Shown: positions 1 to 11,573 of the stretch, piece by piece
Layout: every line of letters starts with the position of its first letter
Position numbering within the stretch: position 1 is the stretch's first letter
DNA from: Sphyrna mokarran
Lineage: Eukaryota
NCBI GenBank assembly: GCA_024679065.1
Contig: JAGIQG010000009.1
Span: 81,654,001 to 81,718,000, forward strand
Length of the DNA: 64,000 nt
Direction of reading: 5' to 3'
The notes under the pieces: generated by a model
Seen by the model: only the letters and a program-made list of their open reading frames with translations
Database searches by the model: none
Told to the model about the DNA's origin: nothing
Translations under genes and position numbers: made by a program

Positions 1-2264
1 TACAGATAGTTCTATGGCCTGGTAGGTACTGATATGATCGGCACAATATGCGGGCCGAAGGGCCTATTTGTGCTGTCGTGTTCTATGTTCTATGTTCTAT
101 TATTGCAGTGATGGTCTCTTTAATCTCTTACATCCTCTCTTACATCTCCACCACCATCATGCCTGGAACTTCTATATCCTGGAATGTCGAGATTCCTGTC
201 CTGTCCTTCTTTCCATCATATCTCAGTGATTACAACAATCTCATATTTCCCCAACTCTGTAAGTTCATCTGCCTGACCAGACAGGCTCCTTGTATTAAAA
301 TAGATGCTGTTTCGCCTTCCAATCCTCCCATGTGCCTTATCAAGCCCAAGTCTTCCCTGCCTGCTGGATTGACCGACTTTTCCTTCTATATCTGACTGAA
401 CCTCACTCCCAACTGTCCATCTACTGTGTGTTCATTCCCCCTGCAAAGAATGGCGAGGCCACAAATGATTCCGAATGGTTTGCTCGGGTCAAAGTGCCCA
501 AGCAATGACGATGACAGGAAAGCTGGTTTGACTTTTACTAAAGTTTCTTTCTGTGTCTCTCCACAATTCCATCGCTGATGTTTGTTTAAAAGCTCAGGGG
601 GGTGGGGGGGGCAGTGCAGAATTGTTGCTGAGTTCAGCAGGAACTTTCTAATTGAGGAAGCCATTGGGAATCCGGCGATCGGGAAGGGGGCCGAGAATTG
701 GGGTATGAGGGGGTGGGAGCCATTGGGAAGGCATTCGGTTGGGGAAGGGGAGTAGGGGTGGGGGTCGGTATCGGTGATTGGATGGAGAGTTGTGGAAGGC
801 ATCAGGGGCTGGCAACTAGGCAAATGGGGATGGGGTTGTCCATGGGGAGTCGGGGCCGGTGATTTGGGGGAAAGGTTGGGAGGCCAGTCGATTCGGGAAA
901 GTGAGACGGGGGTGGGGGAGTCAGGGCCTGTGATCGGGGGAGTGGGGAATTAGATTGGGGAAGATATCACAAGGCAGGGATGAGGGAGTGTTGATCCTGG
1001 CCTCACGGGTGGGATTAACCCCATCCACTGGTGTAAATCCCTGGCAGATTTTGTGAAACACTGAGTGCTGGAAATTCAACTGACTAAATACATCCAGAAA
1101 ATGGTGGGAAAATGTCCTGTTTTCCTGCTGCAATGGACACTTAGTTTTTCAGGAAATTTGACCCCATTTTTTTGAGACAATAATGAACAAAGTGTACATT
1201 GGACATGACCCACTAATAACACTCTGTCTACCTTCAACTCATTGTTTAACCTCCAACCCATCTCCTGTTTCAATCCAGATGTTTCAGTCAAGGAGTCAGT
1301 TAGATCTACAACACAGGAGACCATTCAACCCCTCATGTCTGTACTAGCTGTTTTACTAGAGTCATTCACAGCTAACAGCTCAGTGTAATGTGTGTTTTTT
1401 TGGAAAGTGACTGGAGTGTTTTATTGGAGACAGAATGAGTGAGAAACATGAACTGATCAGAAAGAGTCAACACAAATTTTAAAAGATTCAGAGATGTTCA
1501 GTTAAGCTGCTTACATTTGTTAATCAGTCACTAATGTGCTCGATAAGGGAATATCTCTGGATATTATTTCCATGCATTTCCAGAAGACACTTGGGAAGGT
1601 GCCACACGAGAGGCTGTGAATAAAAATGGAAGTGTTTGGAATTTGAGGAAAGCCTTTGCCATTGATAAGGAATTGGTTCGGAGATAGGAGACAGAGAGTA
1701 GGGATACTGTGTGTATTTTCCAGTCAGCAAGCTGTGAATAGTGATGTCTCCAGGGATCTGTGCTGAAGCCTCAGCTTTTCACTATATTGGTCAATGACTT
1801 GGATGAAGGAATAGAGAATCACATATCCAAGATTACTGAGTACACTAAATTAAACAGCTTGGAGGAGGTTACAGAGATAGGGAGGGTGCAGAATAAGGAG
1901 GGATTTGAGAGGCAGGATAGGATTGTTAAAATCAGGGCATCGCTGGACCGGGGGTCAGTGTAGGTCAGTGAGAACAGCGGGTGACAGGTGAACGGGATTT
2001 GGTGTGAGTTCAGATCCGGGCAGCAGAGTTCTGGATGAGCTGATGATTACGGAGAGTGGGAGGTATGAGGTCGACCAGGACAGCATTGGAATAGTAACGT
2101 TCAGAGGGAACAAAGACACAGATGAGATTTTCAGCAGAAGATGATGTGAGACAGGAGGACTCGGGGGGTGTTATTGAGGTGGAAATAGTGATGGAGTGGA
2201 TGATGTGGTGGGAAAGTCATCTCAGGGTCAAATAGGACACCATGGCTGTGGACTGTGTGGTTCA

Positions 2265-2518
2265 ACAAAGAACAAAGAAGAAAACAGCACGGGAAACAGG
2301 CCCTTTGGCACAACGAGCCCACGCCACCACCTCGATGTTCCCACTTCTACATGCAATCCCTGTCCGTGTTTATAGATCTATGGATTAAAAACCAAATTTG
2401 AGACAATTTAGGGAGAATTTGTTTTGCCAATTAGCCTAAGAGCACATCTTTGTGGGAGGAAACCAGAGCTCCCGGAGAAAACCCACGAAAGCACGGGGAG
2501 AATGCGCAAACTCCCACA
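2265..2518 (-). mobile_element. Headless SINE-core plus tail insertion matching the 3' end of the 42079-43558 element
   Basis: Shares TCTCCCTAAATTGTCTCAAATTTGGTTTTTAATCCAT and (TTCTTTG)n with 43300-43558; absent in units B and C. Confidence 0.8.
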
Positions 2519-3107
2519 GTTCAGTGTCAGACACTCCAAAGGGGAAGGGATGGAATCAGTGTTGAGGGAACAGAGTTTGTGATGGGGTCTGAAAACAATG
2601 GCAGATGGAATTCAATGTGGAGAGTGTGAAAACATCCAGTTTGGACCAAGGAAAGAACGAGCAGAGTAAACTTTGTAATGTGGAGGATTTGTCACGGGGG
2701 AGAGGCAGGGGGGAGGAGGGTGGGGGGTCAGATCAGGGTCAAAGTTGAGGCCAATGTTGTAGAGAGTGTGGTTGAGCAGCAGACAGTGCTCAGCGGGAGG
2801 GATGGAGTTTGTATCGGGAGCTGAAGACCATGGCTTTGATCTTCCCAATGTGTTTCCCAGTGAGCCTGGCTCCTCAGTCCTGACTGCTCTGAGCTGTTGT
2901 TCTTTTCACTGATTGGACAGTTATTGTTAGAGATTCAGACCACAGCACAAATCCCCAGTGTCAAAAATAACTGCAAAGACTGTCAGATCGGAAGATTGAA
3001 ACGTAACCAACAGAGGAAGTGAAAGAAGGAGCTCAGAGCAACTGGATGTTTGTTACTGAGACGGGAGAAAATGGTGAATCGTGTTCACTATCTCCAATCT
3101 CCCAGCA

Positions 3108-4990
3108 CAAAGTTCTGCCATGAATGGTGGTGGACATCATTAATTAAACAACTCACTGGAGGAGGAGGCTTCATAAATATCCTCATCTTCAATGATGGAG
3201 GAGCCCAGCACATCAGTGCAATAGATAAAGCTGAAACATTTACAAATAGATACTGCAAAAACTCTGGGTCCTGACAATATTCCAGCAATCGTCCTGAAGA
3301 CTTGTGCTCCAAAATCTGCCCTGGCCTTAGCCAAGCTGTTCCAGTACAGCTACAACACTGGGATTTATCTGGCAATGTGGAAAATTTCCCAGGTATGTCC
3401 TTACACCAAAAAAAACAGGATAAATCTATTCTGCCCACTAACCGTCCCATGAGACTACTCTCAATCATCAGTAAAGTGATTTAATTTGTCGACAATGCTT
3501 TCAAGCAGCACTTAGTCAGCAATAATCTGCTCATTGACATTCAGATTGGGTTCCATCAGGGTCACTCAGCTCCTGACCTCATTCCAGTTCAAACATGGAC
3601 AAAACAGTTCCAAAGGTGAGGTGAGAGAGACTGTCCTTGACATCAGGTAGCATCTGACTGAGTATGACATCAAAGAGTTTTAGCAAAACTCAATGGGAGT
3701 CAGGAGGGAACTCTCCGCTGATTGGAGTCATACCCAGTACAAAGGAAGATGGTTGTGGTTTACTGGATTTAAAGGTTAAGTGTAAGTATTAGTGTCACAC
3801 ATAGGCTCAATTAACACCTCAGTGAAGTTCTGTGAAAATCCCATAGTTACCACACTCGGAGGCTCCTGTTTGGGTACACTGAGGGAGAATTTAGCATGCA
3901 CCTAAACCGGCACATCCTTCAGACTGTTAGAGGAAACCGGAGCTCCCGGAGGAAACCAACATAGACATAGGGAGAACATGCAGATTCTGTACTGACAATG
4001 ACCCAAGAGGAATCAAATGTGATGCTGTATCACCCAAAATAATAAGGGAGATGGTTGTTGTGATAGGATTTCAATCTGAGATTTACGGGCATCATTGCAG
4101 GAATTCCTCAGGGTCGTGTGTGAGACACAACCATCTTCAGCTGCTTCAGTAATGACCTTCAGAAGTGGGGATGTTCACTGATGATTGCACAATGCTCAGC
4201 ACCATTCACAACTCCTCAGATATTGAAGCAGTAACATTCGTGCCACATCAGTACCACGGAATCACCATCCCCAACATGAGAGAATTTTAACATCACCCCT
4301 TGACATTCAATGTCATTACCATCGCTGAATCTCCCACTGTAAAATCCTGTTGGTGATGATTGACCAGAAACTGAACTGGACCAGCCTATAAATACACGTG
4401 CAGACAAATGGTTAGGAATACGACAGCGAGTAACTCACATCCTGACTCCCCAAAGTCTGTCCACTATCTACAAGGCGCAAGTCCGGAGTGTGATTGAATA
4501 CTCTCCACTTGTCTGGATACGTAGAATCCCCAGCAACACTCAAAAAGCTGAATGCCACCTGGGACAAAGTAGCCGCTCTTGATTAACGCCACATTCACAA
4601 ACATTAAATCCCTCCATCACTGTCAAGCAATGACAGAGTATATACCATCTATAAGTCATCCTGTATAAATTCACCAAGGTTTCAGAGGCAGCATCTTCCA
4701 AACACATGAGCACTGCCATTTGGAAAGACAAAAGCAGCAGATCCCTGGGATCAACACCACTAAGAGGTTTCCCTCGAAGCCGCACCCCAGTCTGACTTGG
4801 AAATACATCTCCGTTCCTTCACTGTTGCTGGGTCAAAATCCTGGAACTTCCTCCCCGACAGCACTCTGGGTGTATTACATCTCATAGACAACAACGGTTC
4901 AAGAAGACAGCTTATCACCACCTTCTCAAGGACAATTAGAGATGGGTAATAAATGCTGGTATAGCCAATGATACCCACATCCTGTCAATG
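3108..4990 (+). mobile_element. Old non-LTR retrotransposon pol remnants (interrupted by a SINE)
   Basis: EWWW..IKQLTGGGG..NIPI..DKAE fragments. Related pieces at 17080-17925, 35240-36160 and 45385-46230. Clade not determined. Confidence 0.65.
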
Positions 4991-5887
4991 AATACATTTT
5001 TAATAATACCTACTTTATATCATGCCTCATTCTGTGTGTTGAAACCTGGATTCTGCCCGCAGGATATTTGACTGCCCTTCGATACCGTGTGCAATTCTGT
5101 TTCCAATCAAAATCTACATAAAACCTGAATTTATGTAGCACCTTAATGTATGAACCATTCAAAGATGTTTCAAAGAGCAGCAGTAAGAGGAATGGGGGGA
5201 GGGCACAGGGCACATTAGGAAGAGAGATCAGAGGCTTGGTGAACTGATGGAGGAAAAGACTTGGAGAGGGGAGGGATTAAGGATAGGAGTGCAGAGAGCA
5301 GGGCCTGAGCATCTGAAGACTCTGCTGTCAATGGTGGGATGAAGGAAGCAGCGATGGGGATGACAGCAGAGTCAGAAGATTATATTATGATTATAAGGAG
5401 AGCTAAATAGTATGGGACCTTTTTCTCCGGAGCACAGGAGGCTGAGGGGATGACCTTATCGAGCTCGATAAAATCATAAGGGGCATATGCAAGGTAGACA
5501 GTCAATATCGTTTCCCAAAGGTAGGAGAGTCTAAAACTAGAGGACATAGGTTTAAGGTGAGAGGGGAGAGATACAAAAGGGCAAATTTTTCATACAGAGG
5601 TGGTGAATGAACAAGCTGCTAGAAGTAGTAGTCGAGGCAGGTACAATTTTATCTTTTAAAAAGCATTCAGACAGCTACATGGGTAAGATGATTACAGAGG
5701 GATATAGACCAAAAGTGGGCAATTGGGATTAGTTTAGCAGTTTTAAAAAAAAACCGACATGGATAGGTTGGGCCGAGGGACCTCTTTCCATGCTGTAAAG
5801 CTCTATGATCCTATTGGAGACTCCAGTGGGAAGGAGGCCCATGTTTACTGGTCCCTATTGGAGACTCCAATGGGACATGGACATCAT

Positions 5888-6893
5888 TCGGTTACAAGTG
5901 GTGTACCTCAGGGGTCTGTTTTGGGGCCCCTGCTGTTTGTAATTTTTATAAATGATCTGGATGAGGGTATTGAAGGATGGATTAGTAAATTTGCGGATGA
6001 CACCAAAGTCGGTGGAGTGGTAGATAGTGAAGAGGGGTGTTATAGTTTGCAGAGAGACTTGGACAAGTTGCAGAGCTGGGCCGAGAGGTGGCAAATGGAG
6101 TTTAATGTGGAAAACTGTGAGGTAATGCACTTTGGCAGGAATAATAAATGTGTAGAGTATAGGGCTAATGGTAGGATTCTTAATAGTGTTGATGAACAGA
6201 GGGATCTTGGTGTATATGTGCATAGATCCCTGAAAGTAGGCAATCAAGTCGATAAGGTTGTTAAGAAGGCATACGGAGTCTCAGCTTTTATTGGTAGGGG
6301 GATTGAATTTCGGAGCCGCAACGTCATGTTGCAACTGTACAAAACTCTAGTGCGGCCGCACTTGGAGTATTGTGTGCAGTTCTGGTCCCCACATTATAAG
6401 AAAGATGTGGAGGCATTGGAGAGGGTACAGAGGAGGTTTACCAGGATGTTGCCTGGTATGGAGGGCAGGTCTTATGAGGAGAGGCTGAGGGATTTGAGGT
6501 TGTTTTCGTTAGAAAGGAGGAGGCTAAGAGGGGACCTTATCGAAACATATAAGATGATTAGAGGTTTAGATAGGGTGGACAGTGATAGCCTTTTTCCTAG
6601 GATGGAGAAAGCTAGCACGAGGGGACACAGCTTTAAATTAAGGGGTGATAGTTATAGGACGGATATCAGAGGTAGGTTCTTTACCCAGAGGGTGGTTAGG
6701 GAGTGGAATGCCCTGCCTGCGGCAGTTGTAGATGCGCCAAGTTTGGTGGCGTTTAAGAGGTTAGTTGATAAGTTTATGGAAGAGAAGGGAATGGTTTAGT
6801 TTGGAGGGTCATTGCTTTTTTCATAATTGGTCGGCGCAACATCGAAGGCCGAAGGGCCTGTTCTGCGCTGTAATGTTCTATGTTCTATGTTCT
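5888..6893 (+). mobile_element. Young 5'-truncated CR1-clade LINE (RT C-terminal half)
   Basis: GVPQGSVLGP..FADDTK motifs, (TTCTATG)n tail, ATCAT target-site duplication; empty site at ~37286 in unit B. Confidence 0.93.
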
Positions 6894-6899
6894 ATCATG

Positions 6900-8855
6900 G
6901 TTGATGTGGAGCAGTTTCTTTCTGTTTTACAAATGTCATTGTCCACCTTTGCGGAGGTCACAAAATGGATAAAGAGGAACTTGTAGCTGTGACAGGGAAT
7001 TCGAAAAGGTATTTGATAAATTATCACATCAAATGTTACTACACAAGATATGATGGTGTGTGGATAACATATTAGCATGGATAGAGGATTGGTTTGCTCA
7101 CAAAAATGAGAGAGAGGGATTTGGGGTTGGGAAGCTGTGATTAGTGGAATTCTGGATTAATCAGTACTGGGACCACAACGATTCACAATCCATATCAATG
7201 ACTTGGATGAAGGGAATGACTTGAACTAATGTTCCAATGACACTGAGATAGGTGGGAAAAGTAAGTTATCAAGATGAGGTAGAGAATCTATAAAGGGTAG
7301 AGACAGGAGAAATGAGTGGCTAAACATGTGGAGTTCAACCTGTGTAAATGTGAAGGTGTCCATTTTAACGGGAAGAATAGAAAAGCAATGAAATGGAGAG
7401 AGATTGCACAACTCGGTGCTACAGAGGGATCTGGCTGTCCTGGGACATGAATCACAACAAGTTAGTCTGCAGCTACAGCAAGTGATTGGGAAGACAAATG
7501 GAATGTTGGTGTTTATTACAAAGAGAATGGAATATAAAAATAGGGAAGTTTATTGCAGTTGTACAGGGTCTCAGTGAGACCACATCTGGAATACTATGTA
7601 CAGTTTAGCTCTCATTATTTGAAAAATAATTGTGTTAGAAGCAGTTCAGAGAAGATTCACACAACACATTTCTAGGGTGAGGGGTTATCATTTGAAGACA
7701 AATTGGACAGGTTGGGCCTGAACCCATTGGAGTTCAGAAAAATGAGAGGTGATCTTATTGAACCATATCAGATTGTGAGGGGATTGACAGAGTGGATCCC
7801 AGGAGGATGGCGCCTCTTCTGGGACAGAGTGAGATGTGAATACAGAGGAACAAAGAGAATGAGTGATGTGCCACAGTGATCGATGAAGGGTCCATTGTTA
7901 TTTGTCATTTATATCAATGATTTGGATGAGAATATAGAAGATATGGTTAGTAGTTTTACAGATGACACCAAGACTGGTGGTATAGTGGACCGTGCAGAAA
8001 GTTATCTCCAATTGCAACCTGAATTGGACCAGTGGGCTGATGAGTGACAACTGGAGTTTAATTTAGATAAACGCGAGATGATATATTTTGGTAGATTGAA
8101 TCGGGGCAGGACTTACTCAGTTAATGTTCGGGCATTGAGGAGAGTTACAGAACAAAAAAATCGAAGGGTACATGTTCATAGCTCCTTGAAAGTGGAGTCA
8201 CAGGTGGACAGGGTGGTGAAGAAGGCATTCGGCATGTTTGGTTTCATTGGTTAGAACATTGAATACTGAAATTGAGACATTTTGTTGAACTTATAGAAGA
8301 CATTAGTAAGGCCACACTTTGAATACTGTATCTAGTCACCCTGTTATAGAAAGGATTTTATTAAATTAGAATGAGTGCTGAAAAGATTTATCGAGAATGG
8401 TACCGGGACTTGATGGTTTTGGTTATAAGGAGAGGCTGGAATTTTTTCTCTGGAGCATACAAGGCTGAGGGGTGATCTTACAGAGGTCTATAAAATAATG
8501 AGGGGCACAGATCAGCCAGATATTCAATATCTTTTCCCAAAAATAGCGGAGTCTAAAACTAGAGGACATAAGTTTAAGAAGACAAGGAAGAGAAACAAAA
8601 CTGTACAAAAGGGCAATTTTTTCACACTGAGGGTGGTGAGTGTCTGGAACAATCTGCCAGAGATAGTAATAGATTCAGGTGCAATTTTGTCTTTTAAAAA
8701 GCATTTAGACAGTTCCATGGGTAAGATGGGTATAGAGGGATATGGGCCAAACATGGGCAATTATGGTTACGGGTTTAAAAAAACTGGCAGCATGGACATG
8801 TTGGGCTGAAGGGCCTGTTTCTTCCCTGTAAACCTCTCGGACTCTATAACTTTAT
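6900..8855 (+). mobile_element. Nested decayed CR1 fragments upstream of V1
   Basis: Frameshifted RT-like sequence and 3' tails; paralogue ~37300-38225. Confidence 0.7.
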
Positions 8856-8859
8856 GAGA

Positions 8860-9235
8860 TAAAGTGAGGGAGAAACTGAGAGGAATAGAGAGAGGGAGAA
8901 TGAGAAGAGAGAAAGAAAGACTCATTGAGAGGGTAAACAAAGAGAGTGAGACAGGAAGGACAAAAAAAAAAGACAGCAAGAGTGTGGTGGATAGAAAGAG
9001 AGACAAATGAAGAGTTAATCAGAGATTGAAACAGACAGCAATTGAGGGAGTGATAGAGTGAGGGAGACAGAGACTGAGGGACAGATATTGAGAGAGAAAG
9101 ACTGAGAATGAGAGAGAGAGAGAGACTGAGAGACAAATATAGAGACAGAGAGAAAGAGAGACAAACGGCGATTGAAAGAGATATCAAAAGAGTGAGGGAC
9201 AGATTCTGAGGGACAGAGACTGAGGGATAGAAGAA
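8860..9235 (+). repeat. GA-rich low-complexity tract upstream of the V promoter (paralogue 38226-38583)
   Basis: Polypurine GAGA/GACA repeats. Confidence 0.85.
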
Positions 9236-9331
9236 GAGGAACTGAAAGATGCTGACGTGGTTTGTCTGGGTCGGACCATTTACAAACTGAGGAACAGGCA
9301 GTGAGACTCTCACAGGCTGCAGCTTTATAAA
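9236..9331 (+). promoter_or_regulatory. V1 promoter: ETS-IRF composite, CRE half-site, degenerate octamer, TATA
   Basis: GAGGAACTGAAAG 9236-9248, TGACGT 9253-9258, ATTTACAA 9278-9285, TATAAA 9326-9331. All are positionally conserved in cluster 2 and lie upstream of ATG 9392. Confidence 0.65.
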
Positions 9332-9391
9332 GCAGAGCCCAGTGAAGGGAGAGTTTATCAGTAACCAGGAACAGGGACACGAGCACACACC

Positions 9392-9440
9392 ATGGTTTCA
9401 GCCATCCAGCTGCTCTGGCCTCTGGCATTCTGCATCGCAG
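9392..9440 (+). CDS. Ig light-chain leader exon, cluster 1 (MVSAIQLLWPLAFCIA-G)
   Basis: CACCATGG start context, hydrophobic 16 codons plus 1 nt, GT donor at 9441, phase-1 intron to AG at 9625-9626. Confidence 0.9.
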
Positions 9441-9626
9441 GTACTAATCTCTCTCCTTCCACCTTGAATATTTTCCTGCTCTCCATTTCAATCCAATTCT
9501 CCTGACTTGTGATTGAAGGGAAAATGTTGAAAGGAGAGGAACAGTCAGTGTCTCCAACAATATCTCATTGTACAGCCTCTTTCTGTGACAGTTCTGACTT
9601 CACTCTGTTTCTCTATTACCTCTCAG

Positions 9627-9924
9627 GTATCAATGGAGAGATCATCATGACCCAGACTCCCGCGGTGCTGTCAGTGAGCCTGGGCCAGACCGCCACCATC
9701 ACCTGTACGGCCAGTCAAGGCATTAGCGATGATTGTGCCTGGTACCAACAGTGAGAAGGACAGAAACCGGCTCTGCTGATCTATGAGGCAACATGTCGGT
9801 TCACAGGAGTATCCGACCGATTCAGTGGCAGTCAATCTGGGACAAGATTCACCCTGACAATCAGCAATGTTCAGAATGAGGATGTCGCTGATTATTACTG
9901 TCAGCAATATCAGAGCTCCCCCTA
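9627..9924 (+). pseudogene. IGKV: Ig kappa-like (shark type III/NS4-like) V segment 1 with in-frame stop
   Basis: [54 protein letters not shown] at 9752-9754 where the paralogue has CGA. Followed by a 12-RSS. Confidence 0.9.
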
Positions 9925-9952
9925 CACAGTGATACAGAGCCTTACAAAAACC
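9925..9952 (+). promoter_or_regulatory. 12-bp-spacer recombination signal sequence of V1
   Basis: CACAGTG + ATACAGAGCCTT (12 nt) + ACAAAAACC; consensus heptamer and nonamer. Confidence 0.97.
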
Positions 9953-9955
9953 CCA

Positions 9956-11228
9956 ACACACACAGTCCCACCTCCTGTACTGACACATCCCACAGTTTTA
10001 TACAATATATAATAATGGACACACAGTCCCACCTCCTATACTGACACATCCCACAGTTTTATATAATATATAATAATGGACACACAGTCCCACCTCCTGT
10101 ACTGATACATCCCACAGTTTTATATAATATACAATAATGGACACACAGTCCCACCTCCTGTACTGACACATCCCACAGTTTTATATAATATATAATAATG
10201 GACACACAGTCCCACCTCCTGTACTGACACATCCCACAGTTTTATATAATATATAATAATGGACACACAGTCCCACCTCCTGTACTGATACATCCCACAG
10301 TTTTATATAATATATAATAATGGACACACAGTCCCACCTCCTGTACTGACACATCCCACAGTTTTATATAATATATAATAATGGACACACAGTCCCACCT
10401 CCTGTACTGACACATCCCACAGTTTTATATAATATATAATAATGGACACACAGTCCCACCTCCTGTACTGACACATCCCACAGTTTTATATAATATATAA
10501 TAATGGACACACAGTCCCACCTCCTGTACTGACACATCCCACAGTTTTATATATAATAATGGACACACAGTCCCACCTCCTGTACTGACACATCCCACAG
10601 TTTTATATAATATATAATAATGGACACACAGTCCCACCTCCTGTACTGACACATCCCACAGTTTTATATAATATATAATAATGGACACACAGTCCCACCT
10701 CCTGTACTGACACATCCCACAGTTTTATATAATATATAATAATGGACACACAGTCCCACCTCCTGTACTGACACATCCCACAGTTTTATATAATATATAA
10801 TAATGGACACACAGTCCCACCTCCTGTACTGACACATCCCACAGTTTTATATAATATATAATAATGGACACACAGTCCCACCTCCTGTACTGACACATCC
10901 CACAGTTTTATATAATATATAATAATGGACACACAGTCCCACCTCCTGTACTGACACATCCCACAGTTTTATATAATATATAATAATGGACACACAGTCC
11001 CACCTCCTGTACTGACACATCCCACAGTTTTATATAATATATAATAATGGACACACAGTCCCACCTCCCGTACTGACACATCCCACAGTTTTATATAATA
11101 TATAATAATGGACACACAGTCCCACCTCCTGTGCTGACACATCCCACAGTTTTATATAATATATAATAATGGACACACAGTCCCACCTCCTGTACTGACA
11201 CATCCTACAGTTTTATATAATATTTAAT
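9956..11228 (+). repeat. 61-bp minisatellite, about 21 copies, between V1 and J1
   Basis: Unit GGACACACAGTCCCACCTCCTGTACTGACACATCCCACAGTTTTATATAATATATAATAAT; copies nearly identical. Confidence 0.97.
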
Positions 11229-11499
11229 AAACACAAGAAAGGAAACTGAACAAATCATTTGCACTGTCCACTACACACTCCAGTCCCTGTGGTGTCCACT
11301 GCTCGCTGAAGGCCTCGAGTTTCTCTCTTACTCTCCATGTTCACATGTGAAGAACAGCTGAAAGATTTATCATCTCAAATTAAAATTCTCAACTCTCCCA
11401 GTAAAACACAGAGACATTCAGGGAAACCGGGAGAGAGAAACAGAGAGAGTGAAAGAGTGAGAGAGAAAGAGATGAGTGAGTGAGTGAGTCAGAGACAGA

Positions 11500-11538
11500 G
11501 GTTTTTGTACAGCTCCTGCACTGGAAGCTGTCAGTGTG
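11500..11538 (-). promoter_or_regulatory. 23-bp-spacer RSS of J1
   Basis: GGTTTTTGT (11500-11508) + 23 nt + CAGTGTG (11532-11538; one mismatch to CACTGTG). Confidence 0.95.
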
Positions 11539-11573
11539 CCTTACGTTTGCTAAAGGAACCAAACTCAGACTGA
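11539..11573 (+). CDS. IGKJ: Ig light-chain J segment 1 (LTFAKGTKLRL)
   Basis: Follows the 23-RSS; F-x-x-G-T-K-L motif; phase-1 GTAAGT donor at 11574. Confidence 0.93.

Noticed and set aside
5759-6799. 346-aa novel fusion protein
   Set aside because: Chance in-frame upstream ATG fused to a 5'-truncated CR1 RT.
8767-9428. Minus-strand Ser/Leu-rich ORFs
   Set aside because: Translations of the GA-rich microsatellite.
9956-11228. CRISPR-like array
   Set aside because: Units are contiguous and near-identical with no unique spacers; vertebrate context; no cas genes.
11229-11499. D segment or additional J between V and J
   Set aside because: No further heptamer-spacer-nonamer set found; the direct 12/23 pair fits a light chain.
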